Positions 28,530 through 39,051 are shown, counted from the first letter of the stretch. The stretch is DNA of 64,000 bases from a bacterium (GCA_021162205.1 JAGGZE010000148.1:283-64282), one strand, 5' to 3'. The notes: generated by a model from the letters alone, not told the origin. Numbers and translations: made by a program.

Positions 28530-29315
28530 TTGAATATCAAAATTCATTTGAAAATATTCTTGTTTGGGATATTTTTATTGAGTGAATGTATATATGGACT
28601 CGGTATCGGCGCTACCGAAAGCGAAATTCATATTTTTGCGAAAAATGGCAAAAAAGTTATTTATAAAAAACTTTGCTTGGTTAATCCTAATAAAGCATCG
28701 AGAGAAATTTCCGTCGGTATAAAAAGAAGCAATGGGAATGGATATTTTTTACCATTACCGAATTTGGATTGGGTGAATGTTAATCCCCGTGCGATTGCTG
28801 TTGAACCGAGTTCACAGAGTGAGCCGATTGAAATATCGATATCGATTCCCGACAGTGCGATTTATTTAAACAAACGGTTTATATTCGATTTGATTGTTCA
28901 ACCGGGAAAAACGGGAGCTTTTGTCGCTGGAATTATTGTTCCAGTTTATATTACGACCGAACCATCGCACAGAATTCCACAATCGTGTGATAGTTGTGGA
29001 TTGATAATTTATCCTAATAGCATAAATCTTGCGAGCAAACTCGATTCTATTTATATCGTTAATTGGAGTTCCGATACTGCGAGACTTAATATCGGCTGGA
29101 ATCGTTCGGGGCAAAAAGGTTGGCAGGATGCCTTGCTTATTATGCAGAGAGTTATGGCAACTTATGTTCCTATTCAAAAAGATTTTATTATTGAACCCAA
29201 TGGGAAGAAAAAAATATTTATTAAACCGCTTGCATTTCCAGGTAAAGGTAAATTATATTTCAATAGTGAAAATGGGTTACAGGATTTCATAAATATAGAA
29301 TGGGGGACATTTTGA
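28530..29315 (+). CDS. Secreted hypothetical protein
   Basis: N-terminal hydrophobic signal, beta-rich composition, C-terminal residue Phe ('…NIEWGTF'). Starts 25 bp after the type-B cargo gene. Confidence 0.5.
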   Translation: MNIKIHLKIFLFGIFLLSECIYGLGIGATESEIHIFAKNGKKVIYKKLCLVNPNKASREISVGIKRSNGNGYFLPLPNLDWVNVNPRAIAVEPSSQSEPIEISISIPDSAIYLNKRFIFDLIVQPGKTGAFVAGIIVPVYITTEPSHRIPQSCDSCGLIIYPNSINLASKLDSIYIVNWSSDTARLNIGWNRSGQKGWQDALLIMQRVMATYVPIQKDFIIEPNGKKKIFIKPLAFPGKGKLYFNSENGLQDFINIEWGTF

Positions 29316-30175
29316 TAGATAAGTATTTTAAAGGTTCGACTATTTATATATTTGTAATAATTTTGTTTTTCAATGGTTTGCTGTTCGCTCAATATACGCT
29401 TGCCGATAGTATTAAAATCCAGATTACGATTTCATCCTGCCCGATGCAGTTTGAAATAGATAGTCTTCCGAGAAATCCAAATGTAGGTGGAATGCCCGTG
29501 CAGGATACTTTTTGGATGTGGTGGGAATACGAGGGTTTTCACGATACGGAGTTGATGAAACTTAAATGGGAAACGATGTATCTTGTCGGTTCACGAATAA
29601 GAGATGTTGGCGGTGTTCCTATCGACCCACCTCAAATGCAGGCGATTTTAGTAGTGAATACGGGATGTCCGCCATTAGATTTCGAATTATCGACTTATGC
29701 TAGAAGTTTGCCTGATACCGCCATACCAGATTCCTCGTGGTGGGAGCCCAATGACACCAACTCGATAGAAAGGTCTGATGATAGAGGCAAATATGTTCTT
29801 CAAGCGCTTGCAACAGGTTATGGCACACCGAGTTTGATGTGGGCTGATTCGGTTAGATTTAAAACTTCAGCCGCATATTATTGGGTAGTTAAAGATACTT
29901 TTCACCCGCAAGCGATTAAGGATTCGGTGTTAGCCGGTGGAGATATAGGTTATTTTTATAGTGAGGACCATCTCGGATTCGATGAAATACCGACAATCGA
30001 TGCTCACGGTGTAAATATAACGAAATTCATCGAGGAATCCCCCGATACTGCAAATAGCGTATTTTTCCTGCATATGGCTTTGACGACCCCATCTCTTATG
30101 ACGAGTTTAACGGATAGTGAACAACTTAAAGGTTACATTATTCTGGTAGTTCGTGCAAGAGTACGCGGAGAATGA
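29300..30175 (+). CDS. Secreted or membrane-anchored hypothetical protein
   Basis: N-terminal TM or signal 'IYIFVIILFFNGLLFAQ'. No recognisable domains. Overlaps the previous ORF by 16 bp. Confidence 0.5.
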   Translation: MGDILIDKYFKGSTIYIFVIILFFNGLLFAQYTLADSIKIQITISSCPMQFEIDSLPRNPNVGGMPVQDTFWMWWEYEGFHDTELMKLKWETMYLVGSRIRDVGGVPIDPPQMQAILVVNTGCPPLDFELSTYARSLPDTAIPDSSWWEPNDTNSIERSDDRGKYVLQALATGYGTPSLMWADSVRFKTSAAYYWVVKDTFHPQAIKDSVLAGGDIGYFYSEDHLGFDEIPTIDAHGVNITKFIEESPDTANSVFFLHMALTTPSLMTSLTDSEQLKGYIILVVRARVRGE

Positions 30176-30249
30176 ACCTTCGGTTCTTTCTAATTGGGTG
30201 ATAATTTATTTTGATTGAGCAGGTGCAATTTTTGATTGAGCAGGTGCAA
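30174..30249. repeat. Second copy of the 'GAACCTTCGGTTCTTTCTAAT' element, followed by a tandem 20/21-bp direct repeat 'ttttgattgagcaggtgcaa' x2
   Basis: 30174-30195 is identical to 15021-15042 over 22 bp. The tandem units at 30209-30228 and 30229-30249 are of the same type as the tandem at 14928. Confidence 0.75.
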
Positions 30250-30297
30250 CAATGAATGACAACTCGGTTGTCAGACCCCGACTTCATCGGGATTCAG

Positions 30298-30347
30298 AAA
30301 AAAGTTGCACAAAGAAAACACCCGAAGGGGTGCAGGCGAATGCCTGC
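30298..30347 (-). terminator. Intrinsic terminator for argF (minus strand): hairpins followed by a U-rich tract
   Basis: On the minus strand: gcaggc-attc-gcctgc, then cacccc-ttcg-ggggtg (UUCG loop), then 'ttttctttgtgcaactttttt'. Confidence 0.55.
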
Positions 30348-31271
30348 CTAGAATTTTTCACCGAATAATTGGAGAATAATTGCTTTTTGGATATGCAATC
30401 TATTTTCAGCTTGGTCGAAAACGACGGAATGTGGACTATCCATAACCTCGTCGGTAACTTCACGACCGCGCTCGGCTGGAAGACAGTGCATAAATATCGC
30501 ATCGTTTTTTGCGTTTGATAATAATTCATTATTGACCTGAAAAGGTTTAAGCTTTTCTTCGCGTTCGGCAATTTTTTCTTTTTCGCCCATCGATGCCCAG
30601 ACATCTGTGTATATCACATCGACATTATCTACCGCCTCGATTGGGTCGGATGTTATTTTAATTTTCGATAGTCCCGATTTATTTGCGTTCGCCAATATTT
30701 CGGGGTTCGGTTGACGGTCTTCGGTTGTGCCGATTCGCAAATCCAATGAAAGTCTGCTTGCAAGATTGACCCAGGAATTTGCAATATTATTGCCGCCATC
30801 GCCAAGATATGCCACAGAAATATTATCGATTCTATCTTTCGCTTCCATAATTGTGAAAATGTCGCCCATTATTTGGCAGGGATGAAATAGATTTGTCAAA
30901 GCATTTATAACGGGCACATCGGCGTATTTAGCGAATTCGATAATTTCGGAATGCTCGAATGTGCGGATTACGATAAGGTCGAAATAACGGGACATAACTT
31001 TTGCCACATCGCCGACACTTTCTCGTTTCCCCATCCCGATTTCCTTGTCGGATAAAAATAAAGTATCCATCCCGAGTTGACGAATTCCTGTTTCAAAACT
31101 TGCACGCGTTCTCAGGGATGGTTTCCTGAACATAAGCGCTGCGTGTTTCCCTGCGAAAGGTTTCGGGTCGTCGCCCCAGCGATGCATATGTTTCACAACC
31201 TTTGCGATTGTCAGAACTTCCTTTATTTCTCTCGATGTAAAATCTGGAATCGCTAAAAAATCTTGTTTCAT
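30348..31271 (-). CDS. argF: Ornithine carbamoyltransferase
   Basis: 'STRTRASFE', 'HCLPAERGREVTDEV' and the full-length OTCase fold. The start is taken as 'MKQDFL' at 31271, which has an AAGGAGGA site upstream. The ORF track's GTG start at 31298 is rejected. Confidence 0.9.
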   Translation of the reverse strand: MKQDFLAIPDFTSREIKEVLTIAKVVKHMHRWGDDPKPFAGKHAALMFRKPSLRTRASFETGIRQLGMDTLFLSDKEIGMGKRESVGDVAKVMSRYFDLIVIRTFEHSEIIEFAKYADVPVINALTNLFHPCQIMGDIFTIMEAKDRIDNISVAYLGDGGNNIANSWVNLASRLSLDLRIGTTEDRQPNPEILANANKSGLSKIKITSDPIEAVDNVDVIYTDVWASMGEKEKIAEREEKLKPFQVNNELLSNAKNDAIFMHCLPAERGREVTDEVMDSPHSVVFDQAENRLHIQKAIILQLFGEKF

Positions 31272-31424
31272 CTTTCCTCCTTTAATCATTTTTATCACTG
31301 GTTCAAATCTTTTTCATATCGATAATTTAATTTTTTAAAAATAATTTCGCAAGAGATAGTTAAAATACTTTTTTAATATTCTATTCTAATTATATTTTGA
31401 AGCAAATTTCATTGGGAGGGGAAT

Positions 31425-34214
31425 ATGAAAAATTTTATCGAGGATATCGATTACAAAATTCTTTTTGAAAATGCGAACGATGCTATTTTCATCGAGAATA
31501 TCGAGGGTAAAATCCTATCGGCTAATCGAAAAGCATGCGAGATGTTCGGTTATACTTACGATGAATTTTTGAAACTCTATGCGTCGGATTTAGTTCCACC
31601 CGATATTGTATCCGAACTCGATAACCTTTCAGAAAAATTGAAAGAATCGAAAAATCTTAATATTCGAGCTCGCAATGTTAAAAAGAACGGTGAGATTTTC
31701 GATGTCGATATCAGTCTTCGCTTGCTTGAAATATCGGGGAAACCTATATTTTTTGCCATCGTTCGGGATATTTCAGATATAGTAACTCTTCGACAGGATT
31801 ATCGTGAGCAATGGGAAAATTATAAAACCTTAGCCGAACTTTCGCAAAATGCGATTCTCGTTCACAATGGCAGAGATGTGCTTTTTGCGAATAGTAAAGT
31901 ATTCGACCTGTTCGGGATACCTTACGATATGAACCTAACAATGCAGTCTTTATTGATGCTGGCGAATCCCGATTCTCGTGCAACGATGAACGAATATGCG
32001 GTAAAAAGACTTTCCGGCGAATCCGTTCCCGAACAATATGAAATATCTGGTAATTCTTATGGCGGTAATCCGCTAAATTTAATTCTCAACGCTCGAAAAA
32101 TCACCTATGATGGTAAACCGTCACTACTCGTTAATTTCACAGATATTACCGAATTTCGACAGATGGAAAATCGGTTGATATTTCTCAATACGCTTCTTAA
32201 AACGATAAGCAAGGTCAATCAACTGCTTGTGCGTGAAAGCGATATACCGACTTTAATGATTGAAATCTCGGGTATGCTCGAAGAAATTAGGCAATACAAA
32301 AAAGTTATTCCATTGCTATATGAAAATGGGGAATTAGTCGTTCCCAAGAATTTAGATGTCGATGAAAATTTTAATCGTTTCATCGATATTGCTAAGAATC
32401 TGTTTTTGAATGTTTTAGAATCCAAAGAACCATTATTCACTCACGATATAAGCAAATGCGAGAATGTCTCCGATGAGGTTCGAGAAAAATATTCGAACTC
32501 GAATGTGAAAAGTGTTTCTTTTGTGCCGATAGCATACAAGGGTAATATTAATGGTATTATCGTTGTCTGTGCTAATGAAGGACATAGTTGGTCTGATGAA
32601 GAACGAAATCTTCTTGTCGAGGTATCCGAGGATTTAGGTTTTGCAATTCGTTCATCAGAACTCGAAAAAGAAAAGAATTCTGCATTAGATAAATTAGCTC
32701 AAAGCGAAAAACTTTACCATACACTTGTCGAACTCGCACCTATCGCGATAGGACTTCACGATGGCGAAAAAATGATTTTCGTCAATAACGCTACATTAAA
32801 AATACTCGGATACGATAATATCGATGAAATTATCGGACATTCGATATTCGATTTGGTATCCAGTGAAAGTATCGATATAGCGCATAAAAGAGTTAAATCT
32901 ATGGTAGATAATGGCAAACCTGCTGAGTCTATCGAGGAGATATTGAAAAAAAAGGATGGCACAAAAATAGTCGCCGAGGTCAATGCCACGCCTGTAGAAA
33001 TCGATGGTGAGAAAAAAGTATTGATAATCGCTCGCGATATTACCGAACGGAAACTTGCCGAGGAAAAAACGGTTGCACTCGAGCAAAAACTTTTACAGGC
33101 GCAAAAACTCGAGGCTATCGGCAGACTTGCTGGCGGAATAGCTCATGAATTTAATAATCTATTGAATGGAATTATCGGATATGCCGAACTTTTAAAGGAA
33201 AATTTATCGGTTTCCGAACCCGCATTCAGATATACCGAGTTGATTTTTAAGACGAGTCTCGATGCTGCTCGCTTGACGAGACAAATTTTAAGTTTCGGTA
33301 AGCGAACACCGAAGGAAGAAATCCCATTCGAGATTAAAGATTCTATTCGTGAAGTAATAGATATTTTAAAACAAACCGTGCCGAGAAATATAAATTTCGT
33401 TCTCGAACTATTCGATGAAAACACAGTTATCGATGGTGATATAGCTCAAATCGAGCAAGTTCTGATGAATCTTTGTGTTAATGCGTTCGATGCTATGCCA
33501 CAAGGTGGCGATTTAACGATAAAAACCGATATTGTAGATGCAGATAACATAACTTATTCCGAAATTCCTCATAATAAATATGTTCACTTAATTGTTTCAG
33601 ATACTGGAATTGGAATGTCGAATGAGATTATCGAAAATATTTTCGACCCATTTTTCACAACGAAGGAACAGGGAAAAGGAACGGGCTTGGGTCTTTCGAT
33701 TGCATATTCCATAATAAACGACCATAATGGTTATATTATCGTTAATAGTGAACAAGGGAAAGGCACCGCGTTTGAAATTTTTCTCCCGCACAGTGAAGAA
33801 AAATCTGAAAGTAAATTTCAGTTCGCTACACCTGAAATTATAAAAGGAAGCGAAACGATTCTTGTCGCCGATGATGAAGCTGTTATGCTAAATTTACTCA
33901 TCGACCTATTGCAAAGTCGCGGGTATCGTGTTCTAACTGCTATGAATGGTGTCGAGGCCGTTAAACTTTACGATGTAAAAAAAGATGAAATCGACCTCGT
34001 GATTCTCGATGTAGCTATGCCGCAGATGGATGGACTCGAAGCTCTAAACAAAATACTCGAAATCGATTCTGCGGCTAAAATACTTATGGTAAGCGGATAT
34101 ACACAAATCGATACAGTGGATAAATGTATTTCTGCTGGTGCGAAAGGTTTCATACGAAAACCATTTAGAATTTTCGAACTGTCGGAGAAAATCTGGAATA
34201 CATTGCACAAATAA
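31425..34214 (+). CDS. Hybrid sensor histidine kinase with multiple PAS/GAF sensor domains, HisKA, HATPase and a C-terminal receiver domain
   Basis: PAS-like '[13 protein letters not shown]', '[15 protein letters not shown]'. HisKA '[23 protein letters not shown]'. HATPase 'DTGIGM…[10 protein letters not shown]'. Receiver 'ILVADDE…[14 protein letters not shown]'. Confidence 0.85.
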   Translation: MKNFIEDIDYKILFENANDAIFIENIEGKILSANRKACEMFGYTYDEFLKLYASDLVPPDIVSELDNLSEKLKESKNLNIRARNVKKNGEIFDVDISLRLLEISGKPIFFAIVRDISDIVTLRQDYREQWENYKTLAELSQNAILVHNGRDVLFANSKVFDLFGIPYDMNLTMQSLLMLANPDSRATMNEYAVKRLSGESVPEQYEISGNSYGGNPLNLILNARKITYDGKPSLLVNFTDITEFRQMENRLIFLNTLLKTISKVNQLLVRESDIPTLMIEISGMLEEIRQYKKVIPLLYENGELVVPKNLDVDENFNRFIDIAKNLFLNVLESKEPLFTHDISKCENVSDEVREKYSNSNVKSVSFVPIAYKGNINGIIVVCANEGHSWSDEERNLLVEVSEDLGFAIRSSELEKEKNSALDKLAQSEKLYHTLVELAPIAIGLHDGEKMIFVNNATLKILGYDNIDEIIGHSIFDLVSSESIDIAHKRVKSMVDNGKPAESIEEILKKKDGTKIVAEVNATPVEIDGEKKVLIIARDITERKLAEEKTVALEQKLLQAQKLEAIGRLAGGIAHEFNNLLNGIIGYAELLKENLSVSEPAFRYTELIFKTSLDAARLTRQILSFGKRTPKEEIPFEIKDSIREVIDILKQTVPRNINFVLELFDENTVIDGDIAQIEQVLMNLCVNAFDAMPQGGDLTIKTDIVDADNITYSEIPHNKYVHLIVSDTGIGMSNEIIENIFDPFFTTKEQGKGTGLGLSIAYSIINDHNGYIIVNSEQGKGTAFEIFLPHSEEKSESKFQFATPEIIKGSETILVADDEAVMLNLLIDLLQSRGYRVLTAMNGVEAVKLYDVKKDEIDLVILDVAMPQMDGLEALNKILEIDSAAKILMVSGYTQIDTVDKCISAGAKGFIRKPFRIFELSEKIWNTLHK

Positions 34215-34226
34215 GGGGTCGGTCTA

Positions 34227-35198
34227 ATGACAATCGATGTTCCCATAGATATAGTTCCCTGCCGACTCGATGTCTATCTCGTTCAATGCGGAATCGGGCT
34301 ATCGAGAAATCAGATTCAAAAATTCATTCGAAGTAAAAATATCGAAGTTGTCGATAAGGGAACGAAACCTAATTTTATACTTCACGGCGGTGAGGTAATC
34401 GAAATAGAAATTCCCGAAGATGAACCATTTCGACTCCTTCCCGAAAATATTCCTGTCGATATAATTTATGAAGATGATTATTTGCTCGTGGTAAATAAAC
34501 CGGCGGGGATGGTAACGCATCCCGCTCGAGGCAACTGGACAGGAACACTTTTGAATGCTGTTCTTCATCACACTAATGACATTTCTCCGATAGGTGGCGA
34601 TTTTCGACCTGGAATCGTTCATAGATTGGATAAGGGAACATCGGGATTGCTGATTATAGCGAAAAAAGCATCGACACATATTATGCTCTCGGAAATTCTA
34701 TCGAAAAGGGAAATCCACAGACAATATCTCGCACTTTTGTGGGGGCATCTTCAGGAGAATAATTTGATTGTCGATGCGCCGATTGGACATCATCCGAAAG
34801 AACCTATTAAGAAATGGGTAGTTCCTGCTGGTCGTCCTGCAAAAACTGAATTTACCGCTATTGCTTATTTCGATTTTCTCGAACTTGCAAAAATTAAGCT
34901 TTTCACAGGAAGAACTCACCAGATACGAGTTCATTCGGCTTATATCGGTCATCCGGTATTCGGTGACAGCGATTATGGTGGCGGAAACGAAAAAATCGGC
35001 GGTATCGCACCGCAATATAGAAACAAAGCGAAGGAGCTTTTGAAAATCGTGAATCGACAAATGCTTCACGCATATAGATTGGAATTTGTTCATCCAGAAA
35101 CGGGAAAAGCATTGGTATTCGAGGTTGCACCGCCAGCCGATTTTTTAAATATTCTCGATGAATTGAATTATAAGCTTATGCTCATAAAAGACTTGTAA
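34227..35198 (+). CDS. rluD: 23S rRNA pseudouridine synthase, RluA family (RluD-like), with an N-terminal S4 domain
   Basis: 'RLDVYL' S4 motif. The catalytic 'HRLDKGTSGLLIIAKK' contains the conserved Asp. Confidence 0.85.
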   Translation: MTIDVPIDIVPCRLDVYLVQCGIGLSRNQIQKFIRSKNIEVVDKGTKPNFILHGGEVIEIEIPEDEPFRLLPENIPVDIIYEDDYLLVVNKPAGMVTHPARGNWTGTLLNAVLHHTNDISPIGGDFRPGIVHRLDKGTSGLLIIAKKASTHIMLSEILSKREIHRQYLALLWGHLQENNLIVDAPIGHHPKEPIKKWVVPAGRPAKTEFTAIAYFDFLELAKIKLFTGRTHQIRVHSAYIGHPVFGDSDYGGGNEKIGGIAPQYRNKAKELLKIVNRQMLHAYRLEFVHPETGKALVFEVAPPADFLNILDELNYKLMLIKDL

Positions 35199-35287
35199 AT
35201 ATTTTTCTAATTTTTTATTAGAAAATGTCTTGCGTTTTTTCAATTATAAATTTATTCTTAAATAAATTAACTTAAAAAGGGGGAACA

Positions 35288-37216
35288 ATGAGAAGTATTA
35301 CGATGCTGTTGGTTGTTTGCGTTATTGCTGGGATGGTTTTTGGAATCGGTATCGGTCAAAGCAAAAATGCAAGTGGTATTCAGATAAGGACATCACTGAA
35401 TAACAGACCTGCCACTCATTCCACAAAAAATGTAACTGTTTGGAGTTTAGATGAAGATTTCGATTCCAGCACCGAACTTCCCACAGGTTGGACAACTGTC
35501 GATGGCGATGGCGATGGTCAACCCTGGTATATATATTCGTATAATACTCATTCGGGAGATAATTGTGCGGGTTCGATGTATAATGCATCGGGTAATGATG
35601 ACTGGTTGATTACTCCGCAGGTTCATATCGATGCCGGTGATACTTTTTACTGCTGGTATGCCTCGCAGGACCCGAGTTATTGCGATGAGCATATCCAGAT
35701 TTTAGTATCCACAGGAACAGCCGATGTATCCAGTTTCACAGATACGATTTACGATTATACCACACCCGATACTGTCTGGCGCCAATTTGTCTATAGTCTC
35801 GATACCTATGCAGGTCAGGACATTTATGTGGCGTTCCATAATATTTCAGTCGATATGTTTGTGCTTAAGGTCGATGATGTAGCAATCGGTCAAAGACCTG
35901 CTTATGATGGTGCTGTCGAGTCGATAGATACGCTCAGTCCATATTTAGACCCAGGCGGCGATGTAACACCAGCCGCAACTGTGACAAATTTTGGTTCGGG
36001 AGCAATTTCACCCGATGTAATTTGTTATGTTATTCACAATGGCGATACTGTCAATACCGAAACTATCGCAGTTACCGACATCGCATCGGGGACAAGTCAG
36101 GATGTTGTTTTTTCACCTTACACACTCGCACTTTACGATGCGGTTTATGAAATAGCATTTGCAATATCCGACACTTCGGATGAAGTCGAAGATAACAATA
36201 CCTCGAGTTACTATGTTTATACTTATACTACCGCAAGAACCGTTATATTACAGGAATTTACAGCTACCTGGTGCACCTGGTGTTCATATCCTGCAGTGGC
36301 GTTGCATCAGTTGAAAGATGAACTCGGCGATTCGATTTGTATCGGTTCGTATCATGTCTGGGGTGAAACCAGCGACCCATATTGGATTGGAGATGAAGGC
36401 GATGACCTCGCATCTGGATATGGTATAACAGGTATTCCATCGACAGCTTGCAATGGTAGTTTTTATATAGTCGGTGGCTCGACCGGTGATTTAACAAATG
36501 AATATGCTCTTTATTCCAGCATTTATAATGCTGTTTTGGAAACAAAAACACCTATGACACTCGATTTTACAATTTCATCGGCTACCGCAACAGATTTCGA
36601 TGTTTCTACAACCATAGAGATTCTTGGCGAATTAAAAGATGGTCTCGATTTGAGAATTCACTATATAATTACCGAGACGGACATCGCATATCATTGGGAA
36701 GGTGCTTTTCCATTGGATTCATTATTCGATGTAGTTCGTGCTATTTTGCCCGACTATGCGGGTGTAGCTGTTAGTGGAACTACATTCACCGATGATAAGC
36801 ATTTCACTATCGACCCATCGTGGAATGCCGATAAATGCTATTTAACCGCATTCATTCAGGATGGCACGAACGGTGAAATATTCTATGCAAAAGAAACAAA
36901 GATTCTTCCCGATGGCATTGCAGAAAAGAATAATCTTCCTGGCAAGCTCGCACTCGATTGTAATCCAAATCCATTCAATTCATCTACCGAGATTAAGGTT
37001 AATGTTCCCGAAAGTGGCAAAATTAAACTTGCGATTTATGATTTGAAAGGTCGTTCGATTAAAACAATCGATAGCGGCGAATTCGAATCTGGAACACACA
37101 ATTTCCGATGGGATGGCGATGATAACAGTGGCAATACTGTCTCGACCGGTATTTATTTTGTCAAATTGGATACAGGTAAATCGACTCTCATTCGTAAGAT
37201 TGCGTTAATCAAATAG
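35288..37216 (+). CDS. T9SS type-A cargo protein with an N-terminal cleaved-adhesin/choice-of-anchor-like domain and an internal thioredoxin-like CxxC motif
   Basis: Signal peptide. 'TGWTTVDGDGDGQPWYIYS'. 'ILQEFTATWCTWCSYP' (WCxxC). CTD 'CNPNPFNSSTEIKV…GIYFVKL'. Confidence 0.7.
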   Translation: MRSITMLLVVCVIAGMVFGIGIGQSKNASGIQIRTSLNNRPATHSTKNVTVWSLDEDFDSSTELPTGWTTVDGDGDGQPWYIYSYNTHSGDNCAGSMYNASGNDDWLITPQVHIDAGDTFYCWYASQDPSYCDEHIQILVSTGTADVSSFTDTIYDYTTPDTVWRQFVYSLDTYAGQDIYVAFHNISVDMFVLKVDDVAIGQRPAYDGAVESIDTLSPYLDPGGDVTPAATVTNFGSGAISPDVICYVIHNGDTVNTETIAVTDIASGTSQDVVFSPYTLALYDAVYEIAFAISDTSDEVEDNNTSSYYVYTYTTARTVILQEFTATWCTWCSYPAVALHQLKDELGDSICIGSYHVWGETSDPYWIGDEGDDLASGYGITGIPSTACNGSFYIVGGSTGDLTNEYALYSSIYNAVLETKTPMTLDFTISSATATDFDVSTTIEILGELKDGLDLRIHYIITETDIAYHWEGAFPLDSLFDVVRAILPDYAGVAVSGTTFTDDKHFTIDPSWNADKCYLTAFIQDGTNGEIFYAKETKILPDGIAEKNNLPGKLALDCNPNPFNSSTEIKVNVPESGKIKLAIYDLKGRSIKTIDSGEFESGTHNFRWDGDDNSGNTVSTGIYFVKLDTGKSTLIRKIALIK

Positions 37217-37260
37217 AATCGAATTATACAAGCTGAGCAAGGAGTTTTAATCAATTGTTA

Positions 37261-37297
37261 AAGGCGCCCCGCCAAAACGGGACGCCTTTTTTTTTAC
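37261..37297 (+). terminator. Strong Rho-independent terminator (GC-rich 8-bp stem followed by T11)
   Basis: aaggcgccccg-ccaaaa-cgggacgcc followed by 'ttttttttttt', 45 bp after the stop at 37216. It may also serve the convergent minus-strand gene ending at 37312. Confidence 0.8.
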
Positions 37298-37311
37298 TTT
37301 GCAGAATTCTT

Positions 37312-37683
37312 TTATTCTTTAGTATCCGCTTCTTCGTTCTTTCCTTTTTTCATCGATGTAACTTTCTCGATGATATTCGGAATCATCTCGGTCAGTGCCG
37401 AAACACTTTTTGTTTTCACCGGCAGGAATGCGGTTTTATCACCCTCCATTACGATAAACCCCACGGGGTTAATCGAGACACCACCACCGCCACCGCCGCC
37501 TGAAATACTTTTTTCTTTACCCGATACATCATTGCCGCCAGCGCCGAAACCGAGACTCATTTTAACGACTGGGATGACAGTTTTCTCGCCGACTGTAACA
37601 GATTCACCGAGAACTGTTTCGGCTTTCGAAATCACCTCGAGATGGTCGAGAATTGTCTTGAAAATGTCGGGAACGGATGCCAT
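37312..37683 (-). CDS. GerW/YtfJ-family (Spore_YtfJ) protein
   Basis: 'AETVLGESVTVGEKTVIPVVKMSLGFGAGG…GGGGGGGVSINPVGFIVM' is the YtfJ/GerW signature with its poly-Gly tract. Confidence 0.7.
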   Translation of the reverse strand: MASVPDIFKTILDHLEVISKAETVLGESVTVGEKTVIPVVKMSLGFGAGGNDVSGKEKSISGGGGGGGVSINPVGFIVMEGDKTAFLPVKTKSVSALTEMIPNIIEKVTSMKKGKNEEADTKE

Positions 37684-37744
37684 TTTTTACCTCCTATAAT
37701 GTTTTTGTCTCGAATAATATACAATTATAATACAAAGTTATTCA

Positions 37745-37776
37745 AATAAAAAAAATAGTCAACGCAAAGTTTGCGT
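37745..37776 (-). terminator. Possible weak terminator or attenuator overlapping the stop of the 430-aa gene
   Basis: On the minus strand: hairpin acgcaaa-c-tttgcgt (inside the last codons), then stop, then T8 (37748-37755). The GerW-like gene begins about 65 bp further downstream. Confidence 0.3.
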
Positions 37777-39051
37777 AAATAGAGCAAGATTTTCGGGAAG
37801 TGTATTATTATCTATATTTGCTGGGTTTCCGATTGTTTTTTGAAGTCTTAAAAAATTCCCGGGTATATATCCAAAGATTCCGAATCCAGCCAAAATAAGT
37901 TTTTCACCGACTGCCGCAGTAATCGATTTATTCAACGGAAGGTCGAGATATAATGTTCCCTTTTTCTTTCTGGCGATTCCGCCAAAAATATTCGATATAA
38001 TCATTACTAAATGTGAAAGCTTAGTTCCATAAGATTTTATTCTAACAATAGCGGTGTTGTTTTGCGGTTCATATTTTAGAACATATTTACATTTTTCACC
38101 TGAAATAGTTTTTTCAGGTCGAGATGAAATTTCCCCTAAAATTCCCAGCATTTCCAGAGTGAGTTCGAGTGAATCGGAATATTGTGGCGGTGGATAAAAT
38201 ACATTTTCTCTCGGTGGTATTAAAACTTTAGCCATAATTTGTCGGGGTTTATCGAACGAATGATGATGCATCAGACCGAGTGGAACCATCGTCCCAATCG
38301 GTGTCGATAAATATGATGGATAATCGTTTGTATATTGTAAAATCCAATTGGGATTAAAATATTTGATTTTTTTAAGCAAAAAATCGATACCGTCATTTTT
38401 CCAAATGACTCCATGCGGAGATGCCGGTGGATAAATCTCGATATAAAACGGTTCTCTCTGAATTTTTGCAGCAATCGAACCGACTAACTTCATATCCTTA
38501 TTATATGCCCCGAGAACAAGCAATTTTCTCTGCAAAATCAATTGTTGCATCTTGCCCGCAATCGTCAGTGAAGCCCACGGTAATTCATCTCCATAGAAAT
38601 TTCTCCAAATAGCACAAACTCGCGGAATTTCCTCTTCCCCGATTTGAGCAAATGTAATATCGGAAGTGAAATCAGAAATTTCGATATTCTCTAATACAGG
38701 TTCGAATATTGCAATTTTTATTTTAGCACCATCGTCGATAGATGTAGCGAGAACCTCATCGGCAATATTCGATATAATCGATTTCGATGGCAAAATATTT
38801 CCCCTAAATTCAGCGGTAGCTGAAAAACGAGATGCTTTAAGCTCGAGTTCTAAATCACCTTGTTGTTTGGATATCGAAATGTTTTTTGTGTATTCGGAGA
38901 CAGCATTTATAAAACGATTGGCAAGTTCACGAGGAACCCGAGCAGAATTAGTGAAATCACTTGCAAAATCACTCACAGCTGAATGTGATTTTTCATCGGA
39001 AGGCAAAATAAACCGAGCACTCTTTTCATTATTTTCAAGCATGCCTATCAA
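37759..39051 (-). CDS. Hypothetical protein of 430 aa. The N-terminal ~110 aa faintly resembles a GHKL/anti-sigma-factor (HATPase_c_2-like) fold.
   Basis: No signal peptide. 'FILPSDEKSHSAVSDFASDF…RFINAVSEYTKNI' follows the pattern seen in RsbW/SpoIIAB-like domains, but this assignment is tentative. The rest is unassigned. Confidence 0.45.
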   Translation of the reverse strand: MIGMLENNEKSARFILPSDEKSHSAVSDFASDFTNSARVPRELANRFINAVSEYTKNISISKQQGDLELELKASRFSATAEFRGNILPSKSIISNIADEVLATSIDDGAKIKIAIFEPVLENIEISDFTSDITFAQIGEEEIPRVCAIWRNFYGDELPWASLTIAGKMQQLILQRKLLVLGAYNKDMKLVGSIAAKIQREPFYIEIYPPASPHGVIWKNDGIDFLLKKIKYFNPNWILQYTNDYPSYLSTPIGTMVPLGLMHHHSFDKPRQIMAKVLIPPRENVFYPPPQYSDSLELTLEMLGILGEISSRPEKTISGEKCKYVLKYEPQNNTAIVRIKSYGTKLSHLVMIISNIFGGIARKKKGTLYLDLPLNKSITAAVGEKLILAGFGIFGYIPGNFLRLQKTIGNPANIDNNTLPENLALFTQTLR

